From IMG/VR virus record IMGVR_UViG_3300045988_138358: DNA of 64,000 bases; one strand, written 5' to 3'. This document shows, in pieces, positions 19,663-29,769 of this stretch. Both the position numbers and the translations under genes were made by a program. The notes under the pieces are model-generated. The model was not told the DNA's origin. It saw nothing but the letters and a program-made list of their open reading frames with translations, and did no database searches. Position 1 is the first letter of the stretch. Each line of letters opens with the position of its first letter. The stretch comes from a virus (lineage: Duplodnaviria; Heunggongvirae; Uroviricota; Caudoviricetes).

Positions 19663-19952
19663 ATATCGACACGACAATAACGATCGATACGCTCCTAAAT
19701 ACCGGTCTGGCACTTCTCGGTTGGCTTTACATCATGTCCCGTACATGGCGATGGCTGGGTTCCATTTTCCTGAAACAGTGGAAAAAACGGCGCAAACAGG
19801 AACTACGCCAGAAGGCATTAGAAGCGTTCTATGACGCATTTGAACTTGGCAGCATTGAACCAGGCACAACAGCGAGGATAGCGACAAAAGGTGACCTGAT
19901 GATCGTGATGTTCCGACAGGAGAAAGCAAATGGCAGCAAAGCGAATGACTAA
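19659..19952 (+). CDS. small membrane protein, unknown
   Basis: 97 aa with one hydrophobic helix. Confidence 0.4.
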   Translation: MNIDTTITIDTLLNTGLALLGWLYIMSRTWRWLGSIFLKQWKKRRKQELRQKALEAFYDAFELGSIEPGTTARIATKGDLMIVMFRQEKANGSKAND

Positions 19953-20157
19953 TCGCGAACTTGTTGATGCCGCGATTGAACTTGCTGGCGATTTTTATTC
20001 CATGATGGGTTACGAGCATCGACCTGGTTTTAAGTATTGGGAGTCACCGCATCCGCAAGAACAACAGGTGTTTGAAATGGCCTGCCGCGCTTTTGAAGTT
20101 ATTCGCGGTTCTGATGTGATGGACGCGGTTGCTGATTTGGAGGATGTTGCAGAATGA
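19930..20157 (+). CDS. hypothetical protein
   Basis: 75-aa ORF coupled to neighbours. Confidence 0.4.
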   Translation: MAAKRMTNRELVDAAIELAGDFYSMMGYEHRPGFKYWESPHPQEQQVFEMACRAFEVIRGSDVMDAVADLEDVAE

Positions 20158-20837
20158 TCACCGTTAACGACCAGGCGTTATATAGCCGTATTGATGGTTC
20201 AGGATACAGAAACATATGGGTTGTTGGTGATTTGCACGGTTGCTACACCCTGCTTATGAATGAACTCCATCGTGTGGATTTTGACCCGGCGCAGGATTTA
20301 CTGATATCAGTCGGCGACCTTATCGATCGCGGCACTGAAAATGTCGAATGCCTGGAGTTATTGCAAATGCCCTGGTTCCGGGCTGTCATGGGTAACCATG
20401 AGCGGTTGATGATCGATGCGTTAAGCCCAGCTGGAAACGTGAATAACTGGCTAATGAATGGCGGTCAGTGGTTCTTTATGCTGGATAGTGATAAGGAAGT
20501 TTTAGCCAGGGCGCTGGTGGAGCTGGTAAGGCAATTGCCTCATATCATTGAGCTGAACACCGGGCAGGAGACTATTGTCATTGCTCATGCTGACTATCCG
20601 GATAGAGAGTATCAGTTCGGTAAGGCTGTGCCGCTTTTCAATGTCATCTGGTCGCGCGACCGTGTTAGTGATTCGATAGATGGCATCGGTGAAGAAATTA
20701 CAGGTGCAGATCGATTTATCTTCGGACACACCCCGGCTAAAAGCCCAAAAGCATTCTGGAACCAGCATTATATCGATACTGGTGCTGTATTTTGCGGAAA
20801 CCTGACGCTAATGCAGGTGAAGGGAGGGCAATCGTAA
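20154..20837 (+). CDS. serine/threonine protein phosphatase (lambda PPase family)
   Basis: GDLHG, GDLIDRG and GNHE metallophosphatase motifs. Confidence 0.85.
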   Translation: MITVNDQALYSRIDGSGYRNIWVVGDLHGCYTLLMNELHRVDFDPAQDLLISVGDLIDRGTENVECLELLQMPWFRAVMGNHERLMIDALSPAGNVNNWLMNGGQWFFMLDSDKEVLARALVELVRQLPHIIELNTGQETIVIAHADYPDREYQFGKAVPLFNVIWSRDRVSDSIDGIGEEITGADRFIFGHTPAKSPKAFWNQHYIDTGAVFCGNLTLMQVKGGQS

Positions 20838-20867
20838 GCCGGGTTACATCGTTTACGCGCTCAAAAG

Positions 20868-20900
20868 TGTGTTAGATTGTTGATTTTAATTTTCTAACAT
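20868..20900. promoter_or_regulatory. inverted pair of TGTTAGA operator-like half-sites
   Basis: GTGTGTTAGA ... TTTTCTAACAT followed by TATTAT, upstream of the 20942 gene. Confidence 0.55.
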
Positions 20901-20941
20901 ATTATTTTACCGCTCGGAACAAAACAGAGTCGGTATGCATT

Positions 20942-21937
20942 ATGAGTGCAATAATCACCCCATATGTCGTAAATGAAACTGGTGTGGCTGTCTTTCCTGT
21001 AGATAAGCCCACCAGCAATTACATCGGCGCAGGCCGCCGTTTTCTTATCTCCCCATTGCCGCGCGAACAGGCTGAAAACACCCCTGATGGCGTCGTGGAC
21101 CTGAATTATTCCCTGGTTGCCAACCAGTCACTGACACCCTTTTTTCAAAGTGAGCGCGTATTTAATGCGTTAGGTGGCGAGGATTCTATCGTTCACTGGG
21201 TTAGCACCAACATTCACGATTGCCAGGCGCATGATAAGCGCGATTGTAGCCACCAGCTAACCACTCACTTCTATAACGGTTCTGCCGTTCGCCTGTGCTG
21301 GAAGCATGATGCGGAATACATGATGAAGGGGTACAGCAAGCTGGACGACCAGTTATCCCTGAATCGCGCCAACTGGGTTATGAACTGGGCTGCGAGCGAG
21401 TTAAAACTACCGCCAGAACGCGATCTGAGCATGGTTGAACTCACTTTTTGGGCCATTCGCCGGAATCTGAAAGATGAGCTGCCAGATGAAGCCGGGCGCA
21501 TTGCATTTTGTCAGCCAAAAACTGAAATCCCTACCGGTACGCTGAAAGAATCAGATATCACCTGGGAGCGCAGTACGCGCGAGCTGGTGGACATAACCGC
21601 AGAGCAGATCGTCAACCTGTCTGTAGATGAGGATTCTGGCCTCCTATATATGCGCCGTCCAAAAACCTTACTCGGAAAAAGCCCGGCTTATCTCCGCTTT
21701 GTGGTTTCTCGTCCGTGCATCGGATGCGGTGGCAAAGTTAACCACCCGTTCATGTACCGCGCCCGCTCGTTAAACGAACACGACCGCTGGGCTGTTCCTC
21801 TTTGCGATGACTGCGCCAGAAGCGCAGAAAACGATGTCCGGGCATGGGAAAAAGCACATGGCATACGCCTTTACGTAGCCGCTAACCAGCTTTTTGACTT
21901 CGCCATCGAGCGCGGAGTGATCACGTTCAATAACTGA
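20942..21937 (+). CDS. phage protein with C-terminal HNH-like Cys/His module
   Basis: C-terminal CIGCGGKVNHP...PLCDDCAR resembles the Cys/His core of the Ref-like protein at 16147-16725. Confidence 0.45.
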   Translation: MSAIITPYVVNETGVAVFPVDKPTSNYIGAGRRFLISPLPREQAENTPDGVVDLNYSLVANQSLTPFFQSERVFNALGGEDSIVHWVSTNIHDCQAHDKRDCSHQLTTHFYNGSAVRLCWKHDAEYMMKGYSKLDDQLSLNRANWVMNWAASELKLPPERDLSMVELTFWAIRRNLKDELPDEAGRIAFCQPKTEIPTGTLKESDITWERSTRELVDITAEQIVNLSVDEDSGLLYMRRPKTLLGKSPAYLRFVVSRPCIGCGGKVNHPFMYRARSLNEHDRWAVPLCDDCARSAENDVRAWEKAHGIRLYVAANQLFDFAIERGVITFNN

Positions 21938-21950
21938 TGGGAACAATGCA

Positions 21951-22250
21951 ATGAGTCAAGGTAATGGTGACGGAGCTGCAAAGTGCAGAATCTCCACTTG
22001 TTTGATTAATGACAAAAAAATAGAACCGTGCGCGGCGTTGGCACAATCTCTGGAGCAGGATGCTGAATACACGACGCGGAAAGGTCTGCTGAAATACAAA
22101 ATCTATAACCATGAATTAATTCATTCACAAGACCTGATCATGCTGCGATCAGGCGAGTTTTCTAAATCGCCGATTCGAATTTCATTTTGCCCGTTCTGTG
22201 GTGAAAGTCTGAAAACGCGGGAAGCGGAGGCAACCAGTGAGCAAAATTAA
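21951..22250 (+). CDS. hypothetical protein with possible zinc ribbon
   Basis: 99 aa; CxxxC...CPFCGE cysteines. Confidence 0.4.
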   Translation: MSQGNGDGAAKCRISTCLINDKKIEPCAALAQSLEQDAEYTTRKGLLKYKIYNHELIHSQDLIMLRSGEFSKSPIRISFCPFCGESLKTREAEATSEQN

Positions 22251-22854
22251 CTATCAAGAACTGCGCGAGGCGGCGGAACAGGCAACGCAAGATGAATGGG
22301 TAGCATATATTTTGCCGGGTCATAACGGCATTTATCCTGCGCGCACATCTGAGGGTAGGCATTGCGGATACTTTATTGACTGGCCTGGCATTGATGGACA
22401 AAGGAATGCTGGTGCTAATGCCCGTTATATCGCTGCTATCCCACCAAAAGTTGCGTTGTCACTACTGGATGAAATTAAACGTCAGGAGGACTCAAATATT
22501 GATGCTATGTGCCGTATTGCAGAGCTTGAAACTAATATCGCGGCGCTGGTGGCAGAGAACGCCGGACTGAAACACGCAATGGCCGTAACTCTTGAGCATG
22601 TGTCGGTAACGGATGCAGGGCAGGCCGGAGTTGCTGCGATGATTATTAATGATGCCCTGCACCACAGCGAAACGCCAGCTACCGACGCTTTCATGGCGGA
22701 AGTGCGGGCGCAGGGGGTGGATATGGCTCGTAACGCGATGATTGATTTTGTTGATGGTGAAGTTGGGCCAAACAAGAACGTTCCGGGTCTGATTAGAGGC
22801 GCAGAGATATGCGTAAGTATTGCTGAACAGCTTCGCAAAGGAGGCAACCAGTGA
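22237..22854 (+). CDS. Ea22-like protein
   Basis: INYQELREAAEQAT N-terminus and [16 protein letters not shown] tail shared with paralogs. Confidence 0.6.
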   Translation: MSKINYQELREAAEQATQDEWVAYILPGHNGIYPARTSEGRHCGYFIDWPGIDGQRNAGANARYIAAIPPKVALSLLDEIKRQEDSNIDAMCRIAELETNIAALVAENAGLKHAMAVTLEHVSVTDAGQAGVAAMIINDALHHSETPATDAFMAEVRAQGVDMARNAMIDFVDGEVGPNKNVPGLIRGAEICVSIAEQLRKGGNQ

Positions 22855-23336
22855 GCGAAATTAATTACCAGGCACTGCGTGAGGCGGCGGAACGTGCAAC
22901 TCCAGCAATGGAACGCCTGTTAATGTTGCCAGCTGATGATGATTTGTTAAGTGAACAGGAACTTAAAGATTACGGTGTGGATATTGATGCGCTCAACGCC
23001 TTCAAATTTCTGATCGGACCAGAAACCGTGCTGGCGCTGCTGGATGAACGGGAAAGAAACCAGCAATACATAAAACGCCGCGATCAGGAGAACGAGGATA
23101 TTGCGCTAACGGTAGGGAAGCTGCGCGTTGAGCTTGAGGCAGAAAAACAGCGGGCAAAGGATCTGTTTATGGAAAATGCTCGGCTTAAGTCAGGTATAGC
23201 CGGTCTGATACACCTCGGTATTCGATATGCGGATGTTGAGGTCATGAAAATTGCTGGAGATGCCCAGCTTTCTACCCCATGCACTGACAGCATCATAAAC
23301 AGCATTGCAACAGGCATTCGCATCGAAGGAGAGTGA
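22851..23336 (+). CDS. Ea22-like protein
   Basis: INYQALREAAERAT N-terminus, same paralog family. Confidence 0.55.
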   Translation: MSEINYQALREAAERATPAMERLLMLPADDDLLSEQELKDYGVDIDALNAFKFLIGPETVLALLDERERNQQYIKRRDQENEDIALTVGKLRVELEAEKQRAKDLFMENARLKSGIAGLIHLGIRYADVEVMKIAGDAQLSTPCTDSIINSIATGIRIEGE

Positions 23337-23337
23337 C

Positions 23338-24111
23338 ATGACCACTTTAACCGACAAAGAACTGATTAAAGAAATCAAAGAGCGCATAGGCAGCTTGGAC
23401 GTTCGAGACAATATTGAGCGCCGTGCTTATGAAATTGCACTGGCATCGATGGAAGCAGATCCAGTTGCTTATATTTTCAAACATCCGGCCGGGAAATTAT
23501 TCTGGGCTTTAACGGATGAAAGCAATAAAGAGCAAGCGGACGTTATTCCTGTTTATGCCGCCCCTCCAGTACCAGTAGTACCTGCTGCATTACCTGAGAA
23601 CGACGATGATGACGGGCATGACATTGATTATCTTGAGCCATCTGAAGTTTACTCGCTTGGGCGAACAGCTGGCTGGAACGCCTGCCGTGCTGCCATGCTT
23701 CATGGTGCCGAACCTGTAAGCCAAACTTACAAGTTGCCTCCCCTGTCATCCAACGAAGTAAACGACGCGGCATGGAAATTACGCAACATGCTTACTGAAC
23801 ACGGTCCTCTTAATGGGCGTCAGTTCAACAATCTGAAAGGTTGCTTCTATGAGGCATTAAAGGTCGCAATGCGCAACTATCCGGTAACTCCGGATGGTTG
23901 GATAAGCTGTAGTGAGCGAATGCCGGATACCAAAACAGCCGTTCTTGTTGCCAAGGAGTTTGATAGGAAAGGTGACTGGCGAATGAAATGGGCGACTTAC
24001 ATCCCGGGGCATCCTGACGCTAATGATGGGTGGATCATTCCTGGGGCGTCGTGGAAACCGTCACACTGGATGCCGCTACCAGAACCGCCGCAGGAGGTTA
24101 ACCGTGGCTAA
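23338..24111 (+). CDS. DUF551-like protein
   Basis: C-terminal WISCSERMPD...WMPLPEPP typical of DUF551; start at internal Met with GAAGGAGAG site. Confidence 0.55.
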   Translation: MTTLTDKELIKEIKERIGSLDVRDNIERRAYEIALASMEADPVAYIFKHPAGKLFWALTDESNKEQADVIPVYAAPPVPVVPAALPENDDDDGHDIDYLEPSEVYSLGRTAGWNACRAAMLHGAEPVSQTYKLPPLSSNEVNDAAWKLRNMLTEHGPLNGRQFNNLKGCFYEALKVAMRNYPVTPDGWISCSERMPDTKTAVLVAKEFDRKGDWRMKWATYIPGHPDANDGWIIPGASWKPSHWMPLPEPPQEVNRG

Positions 24112-24385
24112 CCTTCAACTGGCAGTTAACGGTGAATATTTCGACCAGATGAAGTCTGGAGAGAAAACGGAAGAGTATCGCTTGTGTAATGACTACTGGA
24201 ATAAGCGAATTCTGTTCCGCGAGTATGACCGCCTGATTATCACAAAGGGATATCCGAAGCGCGATGATTCCAGCCGCAGAATAGACGTCCCGTATGACGG
24301 ATATGAAATCAAGACAATCACGCATCCCCACTTCGGCGATAAACCGGTAAAGGTTTACGCGATAAAGGTAAATATCAATGGCTAA
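24104..24385 (+). CDS. small ASCH/PUA-like protein (tentative)
   Basis: Probable GTG start after CAGGAGG; the ORF track extends upstream into the previous gene. Confidence 0.35.
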   Translation: MANLQLAVNGEYFDQMKSGEKTEEYRLCNDYWNKRILFREYDRLIITKGYPKRDDSSRRIDVPYDGYEIKTITHPHFGDKPVKVYAIKVNING

Positions 24386-24782
24386 ATTTCAAAGAAATAT
24401 TATTTTTCTGGCAATGTTATCTGCCTGTCATTTATCTCATGCATCGGTTATTGCTGCGGGAGCTGCGGCAACCGCTGTAATTAGCGCCTCATCCGCCAGC
24501 GAGCATGAGCAACGTACTGCAATCAATGCATCTGCCAATACCACCACGGTATCAGTAACACAAGAAAAGCCGAATATCGGCTTTGTTACTTGTGGCAAGC
24601 GATATGGTGAAATGGTTGGCTCTCTTGGTTGCGTAATGTGGCAAGACGACGACCGAACAGAAATTCCGTGGAACTCATGGCCTGGCTACATTCTTGGTAA
24701 GAAGCTGCCCACCAGCTATGAAGTAAATGCTATTTCGTTCGACCAATATAACAGTGTTGCAACGGTCTATTTCTCTTATTAA
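24378..24782 (+). CDS. secreted protein, unknown
   Basis: Signal-like N-terminus NIIFLAMLSACHLSHA. Confidence 0.45.
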   Translation: MAKFQRNIIFLAMLSACHLSHASVIAAGAAATAVISASSASEHEQRTAINASANTTTVSVTQEKPNIGFVTCGKRYGEMVGSLGCVMWQDDDRTEIPWNSWPGYILGKKLPTSYEVNAISFDQYNSVATVYFSY

Positions 24783-24794
24783 CACGGAGTAATT

Positions 24795-25088
24795 ATGTGG
24801 CGCGGTAATAATCATGGTGGAAGCCAGATGATACTTACCGAATATCAGCTCGACCACAAAACCAATAAATCACGCTCAGTATATTTGCTTCGGCACAATA
24901 GCCGCGTAAGGAATACCGTGCTGGAGCAAAATCTGACCGTTGAAATGGATAATTCGGGGAACTTCAAGCCAACAATTTCGCTTGATGATTTTCCGCGTGG
25001 TTTAAGCGAAAGAGAAGCCATGCTGAAATTAGCAGAATGGCTTCAGAGGTTAAGTATTGTTATTGAAGATAACTGGAGTCAACCATAA
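24795..25088 (+). CDS. hypothetical protein
   Basis: 97-aa ORF. Confidence 0.4.
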   Translation: MWRGNNHGGSQMILTEYQLDHKTNKSRSVYLLRHNSRVRNTVLEQNLTVEMDNSGNFKPTISLDDFPRGLSEREAMLKLAEWLQRLSIVIEDNWSQP

Positions 25089-25343
25089 TGAAAAACAGAA
25101 AGAAATTTTGGATTACTTTTTTGTTTGTATGCCTTTGCGGTTTATTTATTTTATTAGCTGGTGGTGTTAAATGGGGTACGGTGGGGTGTGGTTTTTGGAG
25201 CGGGGTTACTCTTTTCGCAGCCTGGCTTATCGCCAACTTTGAGTCAGGCGGAGGGTATTGGTAAGTGGTCTTATTCCCCACTTCATAACGGATATCACGC
25301 TCGTGATAACGGATATTCCAATTTTGATAACGGATAAGGCCAA

Positions 25344-25553
25344 ATGAAGCATTTTTTAAGGTTGGCATTTGTTCTGGCGCTATTTGATCCTCCGGCTGCA
25401 ATGGCTGGAGAACAGCAACATTGCACAAAAGAGAATGAACCCCCTTTCATCGTTATTCAATGCGATGACGGAACGGTGACTGTGGTTAATGTAAGAAATG
25501 ACCGTGTAGCTGTTTGCCGTAAAGGCGAACCATGCAAGGAAATAAAACTATGA
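25344..25553 (+). CDS. small secreted protein
   Basis: Signal peptide MKHFLRLAFVLALFDPPAAMA. Confidence 0.4.
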   Translation: MKHFLRLAFVLALFDPPAAMAGEQQHCTKENEPPFIVIQCDDGTVTVVNVRNDRVAVCRKGEPCKEIKL

Positions 25554-26308
25554 CAAGAATCACTAAAGAGCGTATTTCAGATATTATTTCCCGTATCGAA
25601 ATGTATGGTCACGGTGCTGGATATACGGCAGATGAAGTATTGGCACTTGCCCAAATGGCTTTGGCGGCTTGCAAAGATGATAAAAAAATGAAGCTTATCG
25701 ACTTGTTAGTGAAGGAGCTGCCTAAGTGCGGCGGGTGGCCTGATGGTATGATCGATTGTCGCCTGCTCAGTGCCAATTTAATGGCGCCATGCGCGACTTT
25801 TGCTTTTGGCTCAGACCACAAAAAAGACACGTTCTTTGGGCGCAATTTTTGTTGTGAGATTGAGCTTCCAATTGGTGACCTTGATAGCGATGAATACCTG
25901 TCAGTTGTCACTCGCGAACAATACGAATCAGCTCTCATAGCGTCGCAGAAAGTCGAGTTCAATGGTGATGAACTTGAAAGTAAGACTTACAGGTTGGATT
26001 TTGGGCAATGGCTGGAACAGCAACGCGGGAAAATCGATGTGGACTGTGGTTGTGTGTCCACTGAAACATTCATGCACTGGCTGCGGGTAGCTTACGAGGC
26101 TGGCAACCATCCGGATTTTCCGGATAGTTCCCAACAATCGCCCAAGAAAAGCGTAAAAACCACTCTGGAAAGAGGCTATCTTGAGGCCGCATTAAAGATT
26201 AAGCCTGGCCATACGCTAGGCGTCATTGATGCCATGTTGGTTCATGAAATGGCGAAGGCTTTATTGCCGCTGGTGGCTGATAAAATTCCGAATAAAGCCG
26301 ATATCTGA
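25550..26308 (+). CDS. hypothetical protein
   Basis: Start at internal Met (MTRITKER), 4-nt overlap with upstream stop. Confidence 0.45.
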   Translation: MTRITKERISDIISRIEMYGHGAGYTADEVLALAQMALAACKDDKKMKLIDLLVKELPKCGGWPDGMIDCRLLSANLMAPCATFAFGSDHKKDTFFGRNFCCEIELPIGDLDSDEYLSVVTREQYESALIASQKVEFNGDELESKTYRLDFGQWLEQQRGKIDVDCGCVSTETFMHWLRVAYEAGNHPDFPDSSQQSPKKSVKTTLERGYLEAALKIKPGHTLGVIDAMLVHEMAKALLPLVADKIPNKADI

Positions 26309-26347
26309 TCACCATGCTAAAATCCCCTCAATTCACAGAGGGGATTT

Positions 26348-26620
26348 TTGTATATGTTGCATAGAGTTTTATGGAAAAGCGTTATTGTCGGCGCGATACT
26401 GGCTATATCTGGGTGTGCAATGGTGCAATACAACGACGGTGAAAAGGTAAGCATACAGTCAGATGGTTGGTATGGCCTGGATAGCCTGCAAAAAACCGCA
26501 GATAAAGCCTGTCAGCAATATGGGAAGTCTAAAGCAGTATATCAGCATAGCGCGAACGCTAACCCTCATCTAGCGCCCGGTTCTGGTGTTCAGAATACCA
26601 TCTGGAAATGTGAGCCTTAA
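26348..26620 (+). CDS. small lipoprotein (putative)
   Basis: Signal peptide ending in lipobox-like LAISGC. Confidence 0.45.
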   Translation: MYMLHRVLWKSVIVGAILAISGCAMVQYNDGEKVSIQSDGWYGLDSLQKTADKACQQYGKSKAVYQHSANANPHLAPGSGVQNTIWKCEP

Positions 26621-26622
26621 AT

Positions 26623-26874
26623 ATGAGCGACTGGAATATTGCAGCTAAAAGTCAGGAAGAACGGGATAAGGTTAACGTTGATCTGGCTGCCAGCGGTGTG
26701 GCGTACAAAGAGCGATTGAACATACCTGTCATAGCTGAACAGGTAGCCCGCGAGCAACCAGAGAATCTGCGCACCTATTTCATGGAACGGCTACGGCACT
26801 ACCGGCAGTTAAGCCTCCAGTTGCCAAAAGGGAGCGATCCGGTGTATCAGAACGAGGATGCACCAAAAAAATAG
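26623..26874 (+). CDS. hypothetical protein
   Basis: 83-aa ORF 3 nt after previous stop. Confidence 0.4.
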   Translation: MSDWNIAAKSQEERDKVNVDLAASGVAYKERLNIPVIAEQVAREQPENLRTYFMERLRHYRQLSLQLPKGSDPVYQNEDAPKK

Positions 26875-26959
26875 CGGCAAGATGGGGGAGAAATGTGATT
26901 AGCCCCCAGCGTGGCGCGCCTACAAACCCAGCTTTCACAAACTATGCCTTTTCAATGTA

Positions 26960-26979
26960 TACTGTATGAATAAACAGTA
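26960..26979. promoter_or_regulatory. LexA (SOS) box upstream of humD
   Basis: TACTGTATGAATAAACAGTA fits CTGT-N8-ACAG, centred about 30 bp before the humD start. Confidence 0.75.
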
Positions 26980-26997
26980 TCATTAAGGTAAAACGCT

Positions 26998-27387
26998 ATG
27001 GGCTTCCCTTCTCCTGCGGCGGATTATGCAGAGAGCCGCATTTCTCTTGATCAGCAACTAATCAGACATCCTTCCGCGACCTACTTCATGCGGGCGGCAG
27101 ACAGCCATCACCGTGAGGGAATATTGCAAGGTGCTTTGCTGGTGGTTGATTCCTCACTTACTCCGGTTGATGGTTCACTGCTTATATGCGCTATGGAGGG
27201 TGAATATCGCATAAAGAGATACAGGAAGTATCCGCGCCAGCACCTGGAGGATTTAAGCACCGGGAAGAAAGAGGCGTTACCAGTAGATGACGATGGATAC
27301 ACGGGCAGTAATGCTGTTTTTGGTGTGATCACTCATGTCATCAATGATGCCCGAAGTGGGGAGTTTGATTATAGACCTGTGATTTAA
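26998..27387 (+). CDS. humD: UmuD'-like protein (pre-processed form), HumD-like
   Basis: MGFPSPAADYAE... aligns with UmuD starting just after its autocleavage site; Ser and Lys of the S24 dyad appear retained; no umuC follows. Confidence 0.75.
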   Translation: MGFPSPAADYAESRISLDQQLIRHPSATYFMRAADSHHREGILQGALLVVDSSLTPVDGSLLICAMEGEYRIKRYRKYPRQHLEDLSTGKKEALPVDDDGYTGSNAVFGVITHVINDARSGEFDYRPVI

Positions 27388-27432
27388 GGCGCATAAAGAA
27401 GCCCGCCAGACCAGGCGGGCTTTTTGTTGATA

Positions 27433-28527
27433 TCATTCAATGATTTTTTCGGCTGTCAGCCAGCTAATTTCGTGCCTGTCTTTCGGCGGTTTTAGCATGT
27501 GAGCATATTCAGCGACATGCTCCCACGGAATTGTTTTTGCCCACTCAACGATAGCATTGTGATCTGCAGTGAAGAGTGGAATAGTGTGCGATTTCAACCA
27601 TTCTAATGTCGTGACGCCATGTTTTTTGGCGTGGTGCTGCGCATGATGCCGGGCTATCACTCGTAATGGCATTGTCCATTCACTACCATCAGGCATCGAA
27701 AAGCGCATTGTCTTCGGCATATCTGATTCAAGAACAGCCTCCCTAATACCAGGGAACTCACCAAGAATCATACGACGATAGTCATCACTATTTCGCCCGC
27801 CATACCTTTCGGCAAAATGATCAAGATATTCTTGGGTAATAAATGGTGAATCCTCCGCACTCAGCTTAATGGCTTTATATACACCACTCGGATTATCTTC
27901 AGCTAAAGCACGTCCATGATGTGAATCATAAAAAAAGCCTATTTCCTCTGGTGACGGAATTGAAGTGAGCAATATGCGTGAATCACCACTAGTCATGCTT
28001 GCCCACACAATGCTGTATGCCCGATCGCTGATATGTGCGGAATCCACAATAATGAATAAAAGATGGTCGGCGTAGTGACCTGCAATGCTATCTTCATAGT
28101 TAAGGCGGTAGTTACAAAAGCACATTCCCCAAAATTCATTGAACATCAGACCGCTATCACCGACCTTAAAATACTCAATGATAAAAGGTTGTTTTTTCAG
28201 CAATGCCTCCCAACATTGCCACACATATGCAACAATTCCTCTTTTGCAAACATTTGATTTTGGATAAACAATTACTGTCCGGGAATCAGGATACATAATC
28301 GTATAAAGGGTACTAATAACAGCAAGCACTTGCGGTCGTCCGATCCCATACGGAGTGGTGACAGTAGCTTTTGCATTATTGGGCTGTATAGCTTCAACAA
28401 TTTGTTGTTGCTGGTGGCTTAAATCAATATCAAACAATTCTTTTGCTGCCAGTACCCAATTGTCTTTATATTTCTCCACCAGCGACAGCCAGCGCGGATC
28501 TTTATAAATATTGCTCTTAGTCGCCAT
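27433..28527 (-). CDS. terminase large-subunit paralog with degenerate ATPase motifs and divergent C-terminus
   Basis: Aligns with PacB-like protein at 33675-35183 (HQQQQIVEAIQ, FYDSHHG...NP.G...I.L..E.SPF), but Walker A GTGKS is replaced by GIGRPQ and Walker B DE by DS; start at internal Met. Confidence 0.55.
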   Translation of the reverse strand: MATKSNIYKDPRWLSLVEKYKDNWVLAAKELFDIDLSHQQQQIVEAIQPNNAKATVTTPYGIGRPQVLAVISTLYTIMYPDSRTVIVYPKSNVCKRGIVAYVWQCWEALLKKQPFIIEYFKVGDSGLMFNEFWGMCFCNYRLNYEDSIAGHYADHLLFIIVDSAHISDRAYSIVWASMTSGDSRILLTSIPSPEEIGFFYDSHHGRALAEDNPSGVYKAIKLSAEDSPFITQEYLDHFAERYGGRNSDDYRRMILGEFPGIREAVLESDMPKTMRFSMPDGSEWTMPLRVIARHHAQHHAKKHGVTTLEWLKSHTIPLFTADHNAIVEWAKTIPWEHVAEYAHMLKPPKDRHEISWLTAEKIIE

Positions 28528-29284
28528 CTGCCACTTCCTTAACTTCTTCTTTGGCCTGTTCTGCAATCGCCGCACGGCATTTCGCCCTGGCCGTAGCGAT
28601 TGCTTCAGCACGCACATCATCAGGAATCGTTGACGTGATATACATATCCAGTTCTTCGGCGCGGAACACTGTTTGGTCCAGATATTCGCGTAGCATCCAG
28701 GTAAATTCGAAATCACACGCGATAATCTCTGCGCTACCTTCTGCACCATTTGGGAAATGAATAAAAGCCTGTTTAGCCAAACCGATAACACGACATGCGG
28801 TTGCCAAAACAGCGGCAACCAGGTTTACATTTTCACACGCTACGGGCTGATTAACGCCGGAGATTACTCCATTTAACTGTCGGTTATATGGAAGGTAGTT
28901 TGAGATGCGTTCTACGCGCCATGTGCCAGTCAGGCTGCCATTCTTAAAGATAATTGGTGTAACGGATAGCCCAAGCTCGCGTATAAGTCGTTGCGCTATA
29001 GCAGGATCATTAAACATGTCTAATGCTACACATTCGAAAGACTGTGCAAGGGTAAACAGTTCTTCCAGAGAGTAGTCTTTGCCCCTGGCGGTGATGTAAC
29101 GATGAACGCCGCTTTCTGCATCACTCCATATAGCTACGCCATGCTCTTCATTCAGCTCTTCATTAAAGCCGAGATACGTCATGATAGTACGTTCAATCGT
29201 GTCAAACGGCAGTGACATGTCGGCGTTAACAGCCACCAGCAGGCCATTACGCAAGCGGTATTGAATTGCTTTAGTATTTTCCAC
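28517..29284 (-). CDS. hypothetical protein
   Basis: 255-aa ORF in the dUTPase operon. Confidence 0.5.
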   Translation of the reverse strand: MENTKAIQYRLRNGLLVAVNADMSLPFDTIERTIMTYLGFNEELNEEHGVAIWSDAESGVHRYITARGKDYSLEELFTLAQSFECVALDMFNDPAIAQRLIRELGLSVTPIIFKNGSLTGTWRVERISNYLPYNRQLNGVISGVNQPVACENVNLVAAVLATACRVIGLAKQAFIHFPNGAEGSAEIIACDFEFTWMLREYLDQTVFRAEELDMYITSTIPDDVRAEAIATARAKCRAAIAEQAKEEVKEVADGD

Positions 29285-29290
29285 GTTAAA

Positions 29291-29755
29291 TCACTCCACT
29301 ACAAACCAGTCACATGCCAGTAAGTCGCCTACAGAAGGCGCCCACGGAACAACTACACCTTGTGCATTTTTTAAGGCGAAATAAGCACCATACGGAACGA
29401 GATCGCCGGGGAAATATCCCTTAATGGCTTCCATTCGTGCCGGGTACTGTCCTTCAGGAACCAGCCAGCAGAATTGGTTTTCGCCGTTCCACCCGCGCCG
29501 GGCAACTTTCTTGCCATCCTTCAGCCACATCAGCGCGTCAGAAAAGTCGGCTGCTTCAAGGTCGATTTCTTCTTGCTGGGTGGTGATGCCACCAGCAGAA
29601 ATAGTTACGCTCCCGGTAAGATTAATCATCACGCCGTTGTCATCCGTAATGATGACCGTGGTTCCATTTTTGGAGGCGTCGTTAACCAGGCCATAGCGTT
29701 CCTCAGATGATTTGGGAAGGAACTTAAAAAGCTCTTTCGTTGCCATGTTATTCAT
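29291..29755 (-). CDS. hypothetical protein
   Basis: 154 aa; ALMWLKDGKKVARRGW motif is shared with the protein at 37437-38012. Confidence 0.45.
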   Translation of the reverse strand: MNNMATKELFKFLPKSSEERYGLVNDASKNGTTVIITDDNGVMINLTGSVTISAGGITTQQEEIDLEAADFSDALMWLKDGKKVARRGWNGENQFCWLVPEGQYPARMEAIKGYFPGDLVPYGAYFALKNAQGVVVPWAPSVGDLLACDWFVVE

Positions 29756-29769
29756 AGTCTTTTCTCTGC

